From Candidatus Heimdallarchaeota archaeon (GTDB lineage: Archaea > Asgardarchaeota > Heimdallarchaeia > Hodarchaeales > Hodarchaeaceae): 51,321 bases of DNA. The position numbers and the translations under genes were made by a program. This document shows, in pieces, positions 9,937 through 19,401 of this stretch; the stretch's first letter is position 1, and every line of letters begins with the position of its first letter. The stretch lies in contig RDOB01000011.1 of assembly GCA_011364965.1 (NCBI GenBank), positions 1 to 51,321 on the forward strand. The letters are read 5' to 3'. Under the pieces are notes generated by a model that was not told the DNA's origin, searched no databases, and worked only from the letters and a program-made list of their open reading frames with translations.

Positions 9937-10485
9937 TCATGATTTTACTTTTTTAACTGCTTCCTTAAGTGCCTTATTCAATTGTTCTCGATTAAACTGT
10001 AATCCAATGACGGGAATTCTCACAACACGACTTAATGTATTTGCTGCAATAGGTCCACAAATTATTGCAATACATCCATCATTTTGCGCGCTAATACCTT
10101 GAATTATTTCTTCCTCAATGGTAGCAGCAGGATATTCAGCAACTGAAAAAGCACCCTCATCAATTGATATTACTGATTCGATTTCCTGCAATGCATGTCT
10201 AGCAGTAATAACTCCGATAGCTGGGAATTCGAGTGTTTTTGTCTCAAATCTTTTCAAAGTATTAATAAGCTTATTTAAGGTTGAAACACGAATATCAAAG
10301 AATTTAGAGGATGATATTTTGTATAAAGTCCCTTCTGGAATGTCAGATTGTTCCGAAAACTCCTTTAAGGAAATATTATATTGATCCATTACTTCTTTGA
10401 GTAATTTATCTTGTTCTTTTGGCTGGTGAACATAATCGAGAAGAAATTTCTCCCAAAATGGTCTGGAAGTAAGTGGTTTTTCCAT
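9937..10485 (-). CDS. XRE-type HTH transcriptional regulator with C-terminal ligand-binding-like domain
   Basis: ISLKEFSEQSDIPEGTLYKI...RVSTLNKL HTH; C-terminal IGVITAR...EYPAATIEE...IICGPI, typical of an archaeal regulator family; directly upstream of the ABC operon. Confidence 0.82.
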   Translation of the reverse strand: MEKPLTSRPFWEKFLLDYVHQPKEQDKLLKEVMDQYNISLKEFSEQSDIPEGTLYKISSSKFFDIRVSTLNKLINTLKRFETKTLEFPAIGVITARHALQEIESVISIDEGAFSVAEYPAATIEEEIIQGISAQNDGCIAIICGPIAANTLSRVVRIPVIGLQFNREQLNKALKEAVKKVKS

Positions 10486-10568
10486 TGAATTTACTCATCC
10501 TGATATTATTTCAAACAAAACTACAAGCTTTATTACTAGAAAGAAGATATATCACCATTAATTACTTA

Positions 10569-11432
10569 TTAAAGCATATTTTCTATAATTGCTATAATTT
10601 TTTCTGGAATTTGTATTAATTGGAATTTTCTCATAAATTCACGATTTTTCCTTTGTGAGTCAGTCAATGTTTCTGGAGGAGAGGAACATAAGTATCCAGC
10701 TATGAACCTTACTAAAGCTTTAATGCCATATCGCTGTAAAATAGATAACCTGATAGCACGCATACCAGCTATAACAGGATGATAGCGCATTGCGCGAGCA
10801 GCTCTTCCCCAATTAACAAAATCAATTGTCCCTTGAGCTTTCCTTAGAGAACCATATCGTATTTTGGCAAAATGCCTTACTTTTAACCCTATTCTCCTAC
10901 ATTGATTGAGGCAATCGTCTTCCCATCCATAGATCACTGGATATCTCTCGCCATAGTATTTCCAAAATCTGTAATCTATCATTCGTCCAGCTCCTCGTGC
11001 ATGCATAGGATTGGTAACCATAAGTATATTCTGTCCTGATGCTATTGCTAGAGATGAATCCTTACTGAATTCAACCAATAATTTTTCTATAAAGCGTTTT
11101 TCAAGTATAATGTCGGCTCCTAGAATGAGTAAATAGTCATACTCAAAAGTTGAACAGATTTGAAAGCCTTTATTAAACGTTTCAGCTAATAAAGGAGTAC
11201 CAACAACGCTTTTCCCGCTTTTTCTTTCTGGACGGGTCTTTATAATCAGTTCATAATTCCTAGACTTATAATTTTTTAATATTTCGACAGTATTATCTTT
11301 TGATCCGTCATCAACTATGATAACCTTTTTTGGAGGAATTGTTTGGAAATCCAAAGCATTTAATGTTGATGTAATAGTTTTTTCTTCATTCCTAGCAGGT
11401 ATAACAACAAGTACTTCTTTAGAATAATCCAA
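10569..11432 (-). CDS. Glycosyltransferase family 2
   Basis: VVIPARNEE, IVDDGSKDNT, LGAD (DxD-like). TTG start after GAGGT. Confidence 0.9.
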   Translation of the reverse strand: MDYSKEVLVVIPARNEEKTITSTLNALDFQTIPPKKVIIVDDGSKDNTVEILKNYKSRNYELIIKTRPERKSGKSVVGTPLLAETFNKGFQICSTFEYDYLLILGADIILEKRFIEKLLVEFSKDSSLAIASGQNILMVTNPMHARGAGRMIDYRFWKYYGERYPVIYGWEDDCLNQCRRIGLKVRHFAKIRYGSLRKAQGTIDFVNWGRAARAMRYHPVIAGMRAIRLSILQRYGIKALVRFIAGYLCSSPPETLTDSQRKNREFMRKFQLIQIPEKIIAIIENML

Positions 11433-11692
11433 ATTGTCACTAACCTCATAATATATAGCAGTAAATATTTTGGGTTGCGAAGTTCACTCTGATTTGCATT
11501 TGATTAACCTATTCTGTTATATTTCGTTCTATGATAGGATAATTTTACAGAAGTTAATTGCTGAAGATTTAACTTTTGATTCTTTCTCAAGTTTAATTGA
11601 TCTTCCATGATTAAGAATGCTATTTAAGATTCCTTTTACAACTCCAACCCTAAAATAATTTAAGCAAAAATAAAATTTGAGCCTTGAGTCAA

Positions 11693-12535
11693 ATGGCTGA
11701 ACTGTGTGTTATAATAAAGATATACAATGAATACGTAATGTTAGAGGAATGTATACAATCATTAAAAAGACAAACATTAAAACCAAGGAAAATCATCATT
11801 GTTGATGATGGATCTCCAGATGAAAGGGTGAGTCAAGAAATATTAAGATTATCAAACGCTTATCCAAATCTTAATATAGAATTGATCAAGTTAAGTCTTA
11901 AAAATAAACCCAATCTTGATACTGTGGGGAGAACATGGAAGGCTGCGTATCTTCATATTCAAGAAGAAAATAAATTTGACTATTTTTGTATGTTGGATGC
12001 CGACACACGAGTTTCAGAGGTATATTATGAACAAATAGTTGAAGAATTAGAAAAAAATCCCGAGATTGCTTGTGCCTCTGGTGCTATAAAGATTAAAACT
12101 CAATTAAGAGAATATATCGAAGAAATTAATATTGGGGCAAAGGTTGGACGAAAGGATGCAAGAGGATCAGGGAAAGTAATTCGAATGAGTTTTCTGAAAG
12201 AAATTAACACAAAGGATTTCCCTGAGGTCGATTGGGATACTTGGATTAACACAAAAGCCAAAGTAAGAGGTTATAAAAGCCCTCAAATTGAAAATGTATT
12301 TATGTACCAAGAACGACCTACCACCCGAGTTGCAGGGAAAAATCATTTTCGAAATGGTAGGCTAAGTTACCATTTTGGGTATAATCCTTTACTTCTTTTG
12401 GCAAAGATGATTTTCTCAAAGAAGGGAGCAATAACTATCCTGAAAGGATATCTTGATGCTAGAAAGAAAAAGTGGCGTCTTGGGGATGAAGAAGTCCGTA
12501 GATATTTTGGATGGAGATTTTTCACGCACTTCTAG
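11693..12535 (+). CDS. Glycosyltransferase family 2
   Basis: IIKIYNE, IIVDDGSPD, LDAD, ASG, WDT. Confidence 0.9.
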   Translation: MAELCVIIKIYNEYVMLEECIQSLKRQTLKPRKIIIVDDGSPDERVSQEILRLSNAYPNLNIELIKLSLKNKPNLDTVGRTWKAAYLHIQEENKFDYFCMLDADTRVSEVYYEQIVEELEKNPEIACASGAIKIKTQLREYIEEINIGAKVGRKDARGSGKVIRMSFLKEINTKDFPEVDWDTWINTKAKVRGYKSPQIENVFMYQERPTTRVAGKNHFRNGRLSYHFGYNPLLLLAKMIFSKKGAITILKGYLDARKKKWRLGDEEVRRYFGWRFFTHF

Positions 12536-12553
12536 CTGAAGCTACTGATCAAG

Positions 12554-13564
12554 TTATTCAGTTTTTGAAGTATCTGCAGATTTCACCGTTTTGGTTAACC
12601 AAAGGAGAAAAATTGTCCCTAGTGCAACACCAAACCAAAGTGTTGTCAATCTTATAAGGATAATCAATGCTCCTGCAAGTGCGATGTTGATAGCTAGAAT
12701 TGTTGCTAGAAAAATTTCCATGCTCCCTTCTACTACCCCTAAACCTCCTGGTAAGAAAGAAATGGCCCCCAATAATGAAGAAATTGTGTAAATAAAAATC
12801 GCTGCTTCCAAAGATATTGTTATTCCCAAATTATGGGCTATAATGTAGAATCCTAGACCTTCGCAAGCCCAACCAATAGTACCGAGAATTAACGCCCCTA
12901 AAAAGATTGAAAATCGAAAAGTGACAACAACATCAGATCGAAAATTATCAACTTTTGATCCTATTTTTACAAATGGTTTCAGGAAAAAAATTCTTCTAAA
13001 AAAGTTGTATAAGGGATCAAACAAGAAAATTAGAACTCCAAAAACAATCCCAATAAGAATTATTACCAAAATTAGGAAATAATCCATTGAATTGTTTGAA
13101 CCGAGAACCAATACCCCGAATAAAGCCAATAATACAACTGCAAGTAAATCAATCAATCTTTCTGAAAATGTTGACGCTAATCCCTTTGAAAGACCGACTT
13201 CACTTGTTTCTTTTAGTAAAAATGCACGTATTGCTTCTCCAACCTTTCCAGGGGTTATCGCAAGGCTAAGCCCTGCAATGAATATCTGAAAATTCATTTT
13301 AAGTGGGATTTTAAGTTGCAAACTTCTTGTGAATAATTCCCACTTTAGAAACCTAAAGATATAGTTAACAAAGCTGAGAAACATTGCTAGAATAAGAATA
13401 AGTGGATTGATTCTAAAGATGTTTTTAATTAATTCCTCCCATCCACTTAAGATAGTAATTACTAGATATACTATAACTGCAAGACCTAGTCCAATTACAA
13501 ACGATCTGAAAGAAATTAAGTTTGTCAATGTTCTTGAATTGCTGGATTCCATTGATTCAACCAA
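12554..13564 (-). CDS. UPF0104 / lysylphosphatidylglycerol-synthase TM-like (flippase-like) membrane protein
   Basis: RFLKW, TPGKVGEAIRA, ERLID, PGGLGVVEG, RLTTLW. Confidence 0.88.
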   Translation of the reverse strand: MVESMESSNSRTLTNLISFRSFVIGLGLAVIVYLVITILSGWEELIKNIFRINPLILILAMFLSFVNYIFRFLKWELFTRSLQLKIPLKMNFQIFIAGLSLAITPGKVGEAIRAFLLKETSEVGLSKGLASTFSERLIDLLAVVLLALFGVLVLGSNNSMDYFLILVIILIGIVFGVLIFLFDPLYNFFRRIFFLKPFVKIGSKVDNFRSDVVVTFRFSIFLGALILGTIGWACEGLGFYIIAHNLGITISLEAAIFIYTISSLLGAISFLPGGLGVVEGSMEIFLATILAINIALAGALIILIRLTTLWFGVALGTIFLLWLTKTVKSADTSKTE

Positions 13565-13656
13565 TTTAATTATCCCTTTTATTAAATAATCTTAATTTAC
13601 GCAATCCTACAGAATAGTAAAAACTTTCTTCAATTTATGAGTGAATTAGCTTTTGA

Positions 13657-14028
13657 ATGAATATGTCCCGAGAAGTTTCTTGTCTGGAATGTGGAAAGGT
13701 CTTTCTAAGAGATCAGATGATTAAAGGTACAAAGACTAATGAATACGGAGACCAAGAAGTAACAGGTTATATTTGTAAGCCATGTTATCAGAAAAGGATT
13801 GAAAAAAGGAGTAAAATACTCCTATTTGGTGCTCTATCCTTTTGTATATTGGGAATCATTTTATTCTTGACTATTCCTTTCTATTATTTCACTGCAGAAA
13901 TTATTTTGGAGGTAGAATTTCGAATGGTTGTCGAATCTTTTTCATTATGGGGTTTAATCCTAGAAGTTTTCGGTGTTGGACTGTATATCGTTCGGTATTA
14001 TGAATTAAGACGTCTTCCAACCTCTTAA
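13657..14028 (+). CDS. Small Zn-finger (CxxC...CxxC) protein with two C-terminal TM helices
   Basis: CLEC...CKPC followed by two hydrophobic segments. Confidence 0.65.
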   Translation: MNMSREVSCLECGKVFLRDQMIKGTKTNEYGDQEVTGYICKPCYQKRIEKRSKILLFGALSFCILGIILFLTIPFYYFTAEIILEVEFRMVVESFSLWGLILEVFGVGLYIVRYYELRRLPTS

Positions 14029-15077
14029 AAAAGGAGTAATTTTTTCAATGTTCTATGATCGCCAAGTTCAGTAATAAGTGCTTTTATTTCTTCAGCACGA
14101 TCTTTAGAACACACAAAAACGCAATCATTCATATTTACGATTACCATATCCGATACCCCGAATGTAACGACAGGTTTTTCCCCAAAAATAATAGAATTTT
14201 GGGTTTCTAAGCCCAAAAACTCTCCCTGAACAATATTTCCATCTGGATCTCGAGGCAAAATTCGATCAAGAGACGACCAAGTTCCAATATCATCCCATAA
14301 AAATTCCCCTTTTACAACAGCTAGGTCAGAGGTTTTCTCCATCACTCCATAATCAATGGAAATTTTCGGTAATGGCCCAAATTCATTAAAAGCAACCTGC
14401 TGGTCATACTTACTATCTATAATCTTTGTGATGGATTTAAATAGGATTGGCATGTATTTTTTAATATTAGTCAAAATTACGGAAGGTTTCGCTATAAACA
14501 TACCTGAATTCCATAAATAACCTCTTTTAATGTACTGTTTAGCAAGTGGTTCATCTGGTTTTTCGGTAAATTTCTTTACTTTATATGCTGCAACATGTGT
14601 TCCTAAGATTTCCTCACCTAGTTCAATGTACCCGAACCTGGTTTCAATACGAGTCGGTTTTATTCCTATTAAAGTTATTTTTCCTTTCAGAGCTAGTTCT
14701 ATTGCTGATTTTATTACCTCTAAAAAAAATGATGTGTCAGGTATGAAATAATCTGCGCCCATGAACACAGTTGGTTCATCTATACCTTTATAATTTAAAT
14801 ATCCGCAAACATACGCCATTCCAGCAGCAGAATCCCGACCTAATGGTTCTGCAATGATATTTGCATCTGGGAGTTGGTTCCTAATTATTGATTCCAAATC
14901 TTTGAACGTAGAAACAAGAATGTTTTTTTGGCCTGTAATTTTTAATGCTCTCTCATAGCTAACTTGGATTAAAGATTTTTTGCCATTTAATGCAATACAT
15001 TGCTTTGGAAGATTTTTTCGTGACTTGGGCCATAATCTCTCGCCTCCTCCACCTGCTAGAATGGCTACATGTACCAT
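14025..15077 (-). CDS. manC: Mannose-1-phosphate guanylyltransferase (GMP domain only)
   Basis: ILAGGGGERLWPKSR..PKQ, EPLGRDSA, FGYI, FTEKPD, WNSGMF, ISIDYGVME, WDDIGTW. Confidence 0.93.
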   Translation of the reverse strand: MVHVAILAGGGGERLWPKSRKNLPKQCIALNGKKSLIQVSYERALKITGQKNILVSTFKDLESIIRNQLPDANIIAEPLGRDSAAGMAYVCGYLNYKGIDEPTVFMGADYFIPDTSFFLEVIKSAIELALKGKITLIGIKPTRIETRFGYIELGEEILGTHVAAYKVKKFTEKPDEPLAKQYIKRGYLWNSGMFIAKPSVILTNIKKYMPILFKSITKIIDSKYDQQVAFNEFGPLPKISIDYGVMEKTSDLAVVKGEFLWDDIGTWSSLDRILPRDPDGNIVQGEFLGLETQNSIIFGEKPVVTFGVSDMVIVNMNDCVFVCSKDRAEEIKALITELGDHRTLKKLLLF

Positions 15078-15116
15078 TATGTCTTTATCTCCTGAAGAAT
15101 TACTTGGGGTGTTATC

Positions 15117-15491
15117 CTATTTGATATGTTTGTAAATTAAACGTATAAGATTTTTTGAACTAAATGGCTTAGTTATATATTCAATTGCACCTGCATTCAA
15201 ACCCTCTTTGATATCCTGATCGAGAACTTTAGCTGAAAAGATAATGATAGGTATATCTCGATATCTTGTATCACTTTTTAGTAGATGGCATATATCCAGA
15301 CCAGATAAACCCCCTGGCATTTTAACATCTAATAGAATCAGATCTGGATTTTCTGTTATTAATTCAAGGGCTTCATTTCCGTTTAAAGCTTTAAGAACTT
15401 GAAATTTTTCATGTGCTAGTATTGCTTGAATCAACTCTAGGGTATCTGCTTCATCATCAACTACTAGAATTTTTTTCAGAGGTTCTGACAT
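15117..15491 (-). CDS. Stand-alone response regulator receiver (CheY-like)
   Basis: ILVVDDE, DLILLDVKMPG (phospho-Asp), FSA, YITKPF. Confidence 0.93.
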   Translation of the reverse strand: MSEPLKKILVVDDEADTLELIQAILAHEKFQVLKALNGNEALELITENPDLILLDVKMPGGLSGLDICHLLKSDTRYRDIPIIIFSAKVLDQDIKEGLNAGAIEYITKPFSSKNLIRLIYKHIK

Positions 15492-15639
15492 TTCCTAGCA
15501 CTTATTTGCAAATTTTAAAAGTCCTTGTGGTTTTAAACCTCAAGCACTCCCAAATTTAAATCGTTTTTCAATAGTTTTCATTAATTAATACCATTTTCGA
15601 AAGAATCATTCTATCTGAATTTATCATGACTGAAGCAAA

Positions 15640-16773
15640 TCAGTCATAGAGGGTTTTTCGTTCGCGATAGGGACGATTCATCTGCTTAATATATGACTGC
15701 AGCATTTCTGGAGTTTGATATTCTCCAAATTTTCCACCTGCGGATCGAGTTATGTTTTCTGCAAATAAAGTTCCTCCAAAATCATTACAACCGGCATGTA
15801 AAGTTGCTTGACATAACGGAATCCCAAGTTTAACCCATGAAGTCTGTATATTATGAAATAACGCTCCTAGATACAATCTTGCCACTGAATAAAACTTTAA
15901 ATAATCTAAAGTATGGAGAGAGAGTAACTCATCTTGATATTGTACTTTTAAATTGGTTTTTTTAGCAATAAAGGGTAAAGGAATAAATTCAGAAAATCCA
16001 TTAGTGTTTTCTTGTATCTCCTTTAATAACGATAAATGCGTAATCCAATGGTGCCAATTTTCAATATGCCCAAAAAGGATCGTTGCTGTCGTAGGAATGG
16101 AGCTTTGATGAGCTATTTCTATTATTTCTCTCCATTCCGATGTGGATAATTTATTGGGGCATATTTTTTTTCTAATCTTATCATCCAGAATCTCAGCAGC
16201 GGTTCCAGGCATTGAATTAAGCCCAAATTTCTTAAACTCATGGAGAACATCATCAATATCTAATTTCGCCGATTGAGCAGCGTTTAATATTTCTTGGGGA
16301 GAGAATGCATGAATATGGAGGTGGGGAGCTACTTTCCGTAAATTCGTCAAAATTTCTGAATAAATTTCGAAATTAAGTGAGGGGTGAATTCCTCCTTGAA
16401 CACAAACTTCTGTTATCTGGTATGGAGAAGTTTTCGCTATCATTTCTTTAAAATAATCACTGGAATATCTTAAATAACCATGAGTAGAGTTACTGGGAAC
16501 AGAATAAGCGCAAAATAAACATCTCTTTGTACATACATTAGTGAAATTAATATTCAGGTTCACGACATAAGTTATTTCATCACCCACCTGGCGCTCCCGG
16601 ATTATATCTGCAACATAAGACAGGATATAGATTTCTCGACCTTGAGCTTTATATAAAACCTCTAAATCTTTTGTTTCAGGAAATTCATCGTTTAATGCTT
16701 TTTTAAGAATAATTCGCAGATCTGATTTAACATTATTAAAAACAGGGAATCCTGAATCTAATTCTTTTACCGT
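15640..16773 (-). CDS. cofH: Fo synthase subunit CofH (radical SAM); true start uncertain
   Basis: TYVVNLNINFTNVCTKRCLFCAY, TEVCVQGG, HIHAFSPQE, SMPGTAAEIL, NIQTSWVKLG, NDFGGTL. Frame is open 62 codons upstream of GTG 16587, to ACG 16773, and encodes a CofH-like N-terminus. Confidence 0.9.
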   Translation of the reverse strand, partial: TVKELDSGFPVFNNVKSDLRIILKKALNDEFPETKDLEVLYKAQGREIYILSYVADIIRERQVGDEITYVVNLNINFTNVCTKRCLFCAYSVPSNSTHGYLRYSSDYFKEMIAKTSPYQITEVCVQGGIHPSLNFEIYSEILTNLRKVAPHLHIHAFSPQEILNAAQSAKLDIDDVLHEFKKFGLNSMPGTAAEILDDKIRKKICPNKLSTSEWREIIEIAHQSSIPTTATILFGHIENWHHWITHLSLLKEIQENTNGFSEFIPLPFIAKKTNLKVQYQDELLSLHTLDYLKFYSVARLYLGALFHNIQTSWVKLGIPLCQATLHAGCNDFGGTLFAENITRSAGGKFGEYQTPEMLQSYIKQMNRPYRERKTLYD

Positions 16774-17912
16774 TTTCTATACCCATCCTTTGAACATAGA
16801 TGAAATCGGTGAATAGTGTCCTCTACCTTCGATGAAAGCCATTTTGAATTAATATATTGGGGATAAACTGGCAATCTTTCCACTAATTCAAATCCGAAGT
16901 GATTAACCTTTCTTCTTAACTCATCAATTCGAGGCCATGGATGATGAGGATTAATATAATCTTTTGTAAAAGGAGAGATACCGCCCCAATCTGATATTCC
17001 AGCCTGCATAAAATCTATTTCACAACCTTCAATCAAATTGGGAGGAATTTGAACAGAAATATCCTCTGGTAGGATCAGTTTAGCTAGTATTACAACCCTT
17101 TTCAGATATTCTATACTAACTAGATGTTCATAATCCATCTTACTCTGCTCATTAGGTTGAAAAGCTTGAATAATAATCTCCTGTATATGTTGAAATTTTC
17201 TATGCATACTAGAAAGGGAATATAAACTAGACACAATTTCTTTAGGGGATTCACCAATACCTATTAATAACCCACTGGTAAAGGGAATAGAGAGTCTCCC
17301 TGCGCTCTTAATTGTATCCAAACGAATTTTAGGATGCTTTCCAGGGGATTCAGCGTGGGGCATCTTAGCCATGCATAAACGAGAGCTAATATTTTCTAAC
17401 ATTAATCCCATACTTGCTGATACCTCTTTTAAAATTTGAAGCTCTTCACTACTTAAAACACCAGCATTGATATGAGGCAATAAACCTTGTTTTAAGGCCA
17501 ATTCAGCAATATCGAAAGCATAGTCCACAGTTGAATCATAAGAATGATTATTCAACCACTTTTTAGCTTCTGAATGTACAAGCTCTGGTTTTTCCCCCAT
17601 GGTGATTAATACTTCAGAAATAGAAGATTGCTTAGCTCTTTCAAACAAGTTCTTAATTTTATTTTTAGGAACATATTCAGCTCCTAAAGATACACTGGAA
17701 CGTCGATATCCACAATAAGTGCATTTATTCCGACAAAGAAAGGTTAAAGGAAGGAAAACATTTGATGTAAAGGTTATTTTGCCCAAAAATGCTCTTTGGG
17801 CTTTTCTAAAGGCTTGACGCTCTCGAAGTTGAACCTCTTCTTGATCAGCGTCTGTTAAAAAATCAATTGCTTTAGATATTCTTATTTGTGGTTCTGTTTG
17901 ATGTAAGGACAA
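16767..17912 (-). CDS. cofG: Fo synthase subunit CofG (radical SAM)
   Basis: ITFTSNVFLPLTFLCRNKCTYC, GLLPHINAG, ASMGLMLE, PFTSGLLIGIGE, QIPPNL, DWGGISP, ERLPVYP. Confidence 0.95.
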   Translation of the reverse strand: MSLHQTEPQIRISKAIDFLTDADQEEVQLRERQAFRKAQRAFLGKITFTSNVFLPLTFLCRNKCTYCGYRRSSVSLGAEYVPKNKIKNLFERAKQSSISEVLITMGEKPELVHSEAKKWLNNHSYDSTVDYAFDIAELALKQGLLPHINAGVLSSEELQILKEVSASMGLMLENISSRLCMAKMPHAESPGKHPKIRLDTIKSAGRLSIPFTSGLLIGIGESPKEIVSSLYSLSSMHRKFQHIQEIIIQAFQPNEQSKMDYEHLVSIEYLKRVVILAKLILPEDISVQIPPNLIEGCEIDFMQAGISDWGGISPFTKDYINPHHPWPRIDELRRKVNHFGFELVERLPVYPQYINSKWLSSKVEDTIHRFHLCSKDGYRKR

Positions 17913-17918
17913 TTTCTG

Positions 17919-18608
17919 TCAACTCTGATGACAAACAGTTAAATTCAGCTCTTTCAGGACAGAAATATACCTTCTAGGATCAGAAACTTGTTGAATTTGG
18001 TTTTCTAAGAATTTAACATCTTCAATTGTATCCAAATCATGTGCAAAGGGATCGGATTCAGATACGATATAATTTAGATTATTCATTTCAGCTTGTTTTT
18101 GAAAATGATTTCTACTTCCTTCTCCAAAGGCAAAAGATAATAAATCTGGCTTCTTTAGATAAAGAATAGCAGTTCCTTGACTCGGATAAATAGATATTGA
18201 GGGAACTATCAATATGTCAGTAGATTGAGCTTTCTTGAGAGTATTCTTAAGGTAATTCTGAGTTAAAAAAGGCAAATCTGGCATTACAATCAGAATTTGA
18301 TTGGATCCATTTATCAGTCTAATGGCATCTGTAATCGCGCAATTAAGATCATTTCCTTTGTCTAAATATGTAAAAACAGCCCCTAATAATTTCGATTCGT
18401 TCAAAACTTCAATTGAAGGGGATATAACTCCAAAGGGAAGAGAAATTGATTTTATTACCTCTAAAGTGTTGTAGAATGTGATTTGAACGAGCTGATCTAT
18501 AATTGGAGCACACTGGTCTGGAAGAACGGACCGTATACGGCTTTTTGTTCTTGTGAATCCCTTTAATGGAATTAGAACTAGAATTTCAGAGGAACTCAGA
18601 GAATACAC
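17919..18608 (-). CDS. cofC: 2-phospho-L-lactate/PEP guanylyltransferase CofC
   Basis: LIPLKG..TKSR, DLN, VMPDLP, GT, FGEGS..H, DLDTIED; within the cof operon. Confidence 0.88.
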   Translation of the reverse strand: MYSLSSSEILVLIPLKGFTRTKSRIRSVLPDQCAPIIDQLVQITFYNTLEVIKSISLPFGVISPSIEVLNESKLLGAVFTYLDKGNDLNCAITDAIRLINGSNQILIVMPDLPFLTQNYLKNTLKKAQSTDILIVPSISIYPSQGTAILYLKKPDLLSFAFGEGSRNHFQKQAEMNNLNYIVSESDPFAHDLDTIEDVKFLENQIQQVSDPRRYISVLKELNLTVCHQS

Positions 18609-18645
18609 ACCTTCATACTTTCAAACGAGGAGATAAATTATTTTG

Positions 18646-19401
18646 CTAAAAGTCTTTTAATAATTCACTAAAGATTTTTTGGTTTGAAAGGGCTGCTCTG
18701 GCAATAGAAAAAAATGTAGCTCCTGCTGAAATAATTGCTGACGCAGTTTTGTAATCTTTTACAGAGTTATTTCCAATTATTGGAATATCGATATGTGTGG
18801 AATAATATGTAATAAGCTCTAGATCTGTACCATCGATTCCATGACGATAAGAATCAATATGAAGATAATTTAGAGGCCACTTGTTTAGTTTTGTAACGAA
18901 AAAATCCGGATTTATGGCCAAACCTCGGAATTTTAGTGAAATCTGAAAATCCTTTGAATTAAAGACTTTAATAATTTGCTCCAGCTCTGATAATCGTTCT
19001 AAAAGTCTTTGTCCTCCTCCAGAGGTCATAACCTCTTGTTGACGGCAATGAGCATTGATTTCTATGATGGGGAGCTCTGAAAAAGTACCATAGAAGTCAT
19101 TGGCGAATTTACGAGCATCGCTGGCATTTGCAAGCCTTAAATTTAGAATAATTCTCGATAGTGAATTAAAATATGTCAATTGCTTTTTGAAAAATGCTAG
19201 TTCTTCTCCAGCATCGGTGACAAATTCCTTTCGGCCACGAATAATTAATTCTCTGGAACTTTCTATCATTGATTTTCCGATTGGTACGCCACCAATTGTT
19301 ACCTTCCCAGCTCCTCCCTCAAAAAGACACTTTGCAGCGAAAGAACCATCTGTGACGCCAGCCATTGCAGCTAAGATACTGGGATTTTTAATAGAAGTCA
19401 T
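18646..19401 (-). CDS. Dihydrouridine-synthase-like FMN TIM-barrel protein (archaeal MJ0144-like)
   Basis: LAAMAGVTD, EINAHCRQ (catalytic Cys), SLKFR, LHID, IIGNNSV, SIARA. Only 251 aa, with no room for a DUS C-terminal tRNA-binding domain. Confidence 0.85.
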   Translation of the reverse strand: MTSIKNPSILAAMAGVTDGSFAAKCLFEGGAGKVTIGGVPIGKSMIESSRELIIRGRKEFVTDAGEELAFFKKQLTYFNSLSRIILNLRLANASDARKFANDFYGTFSELPIIEINAHCRQQEVMTSGGGQRLLERLSELEQIIKVFNSKDFQISLKFRGLAINPDFFVTKLNKWPLNYLHIDSYRHGIDGTDLELITYYSTHIDIPIIGNNSVKDYKTASAIISAGATFFSIARAALSNQKIFSELLKDF

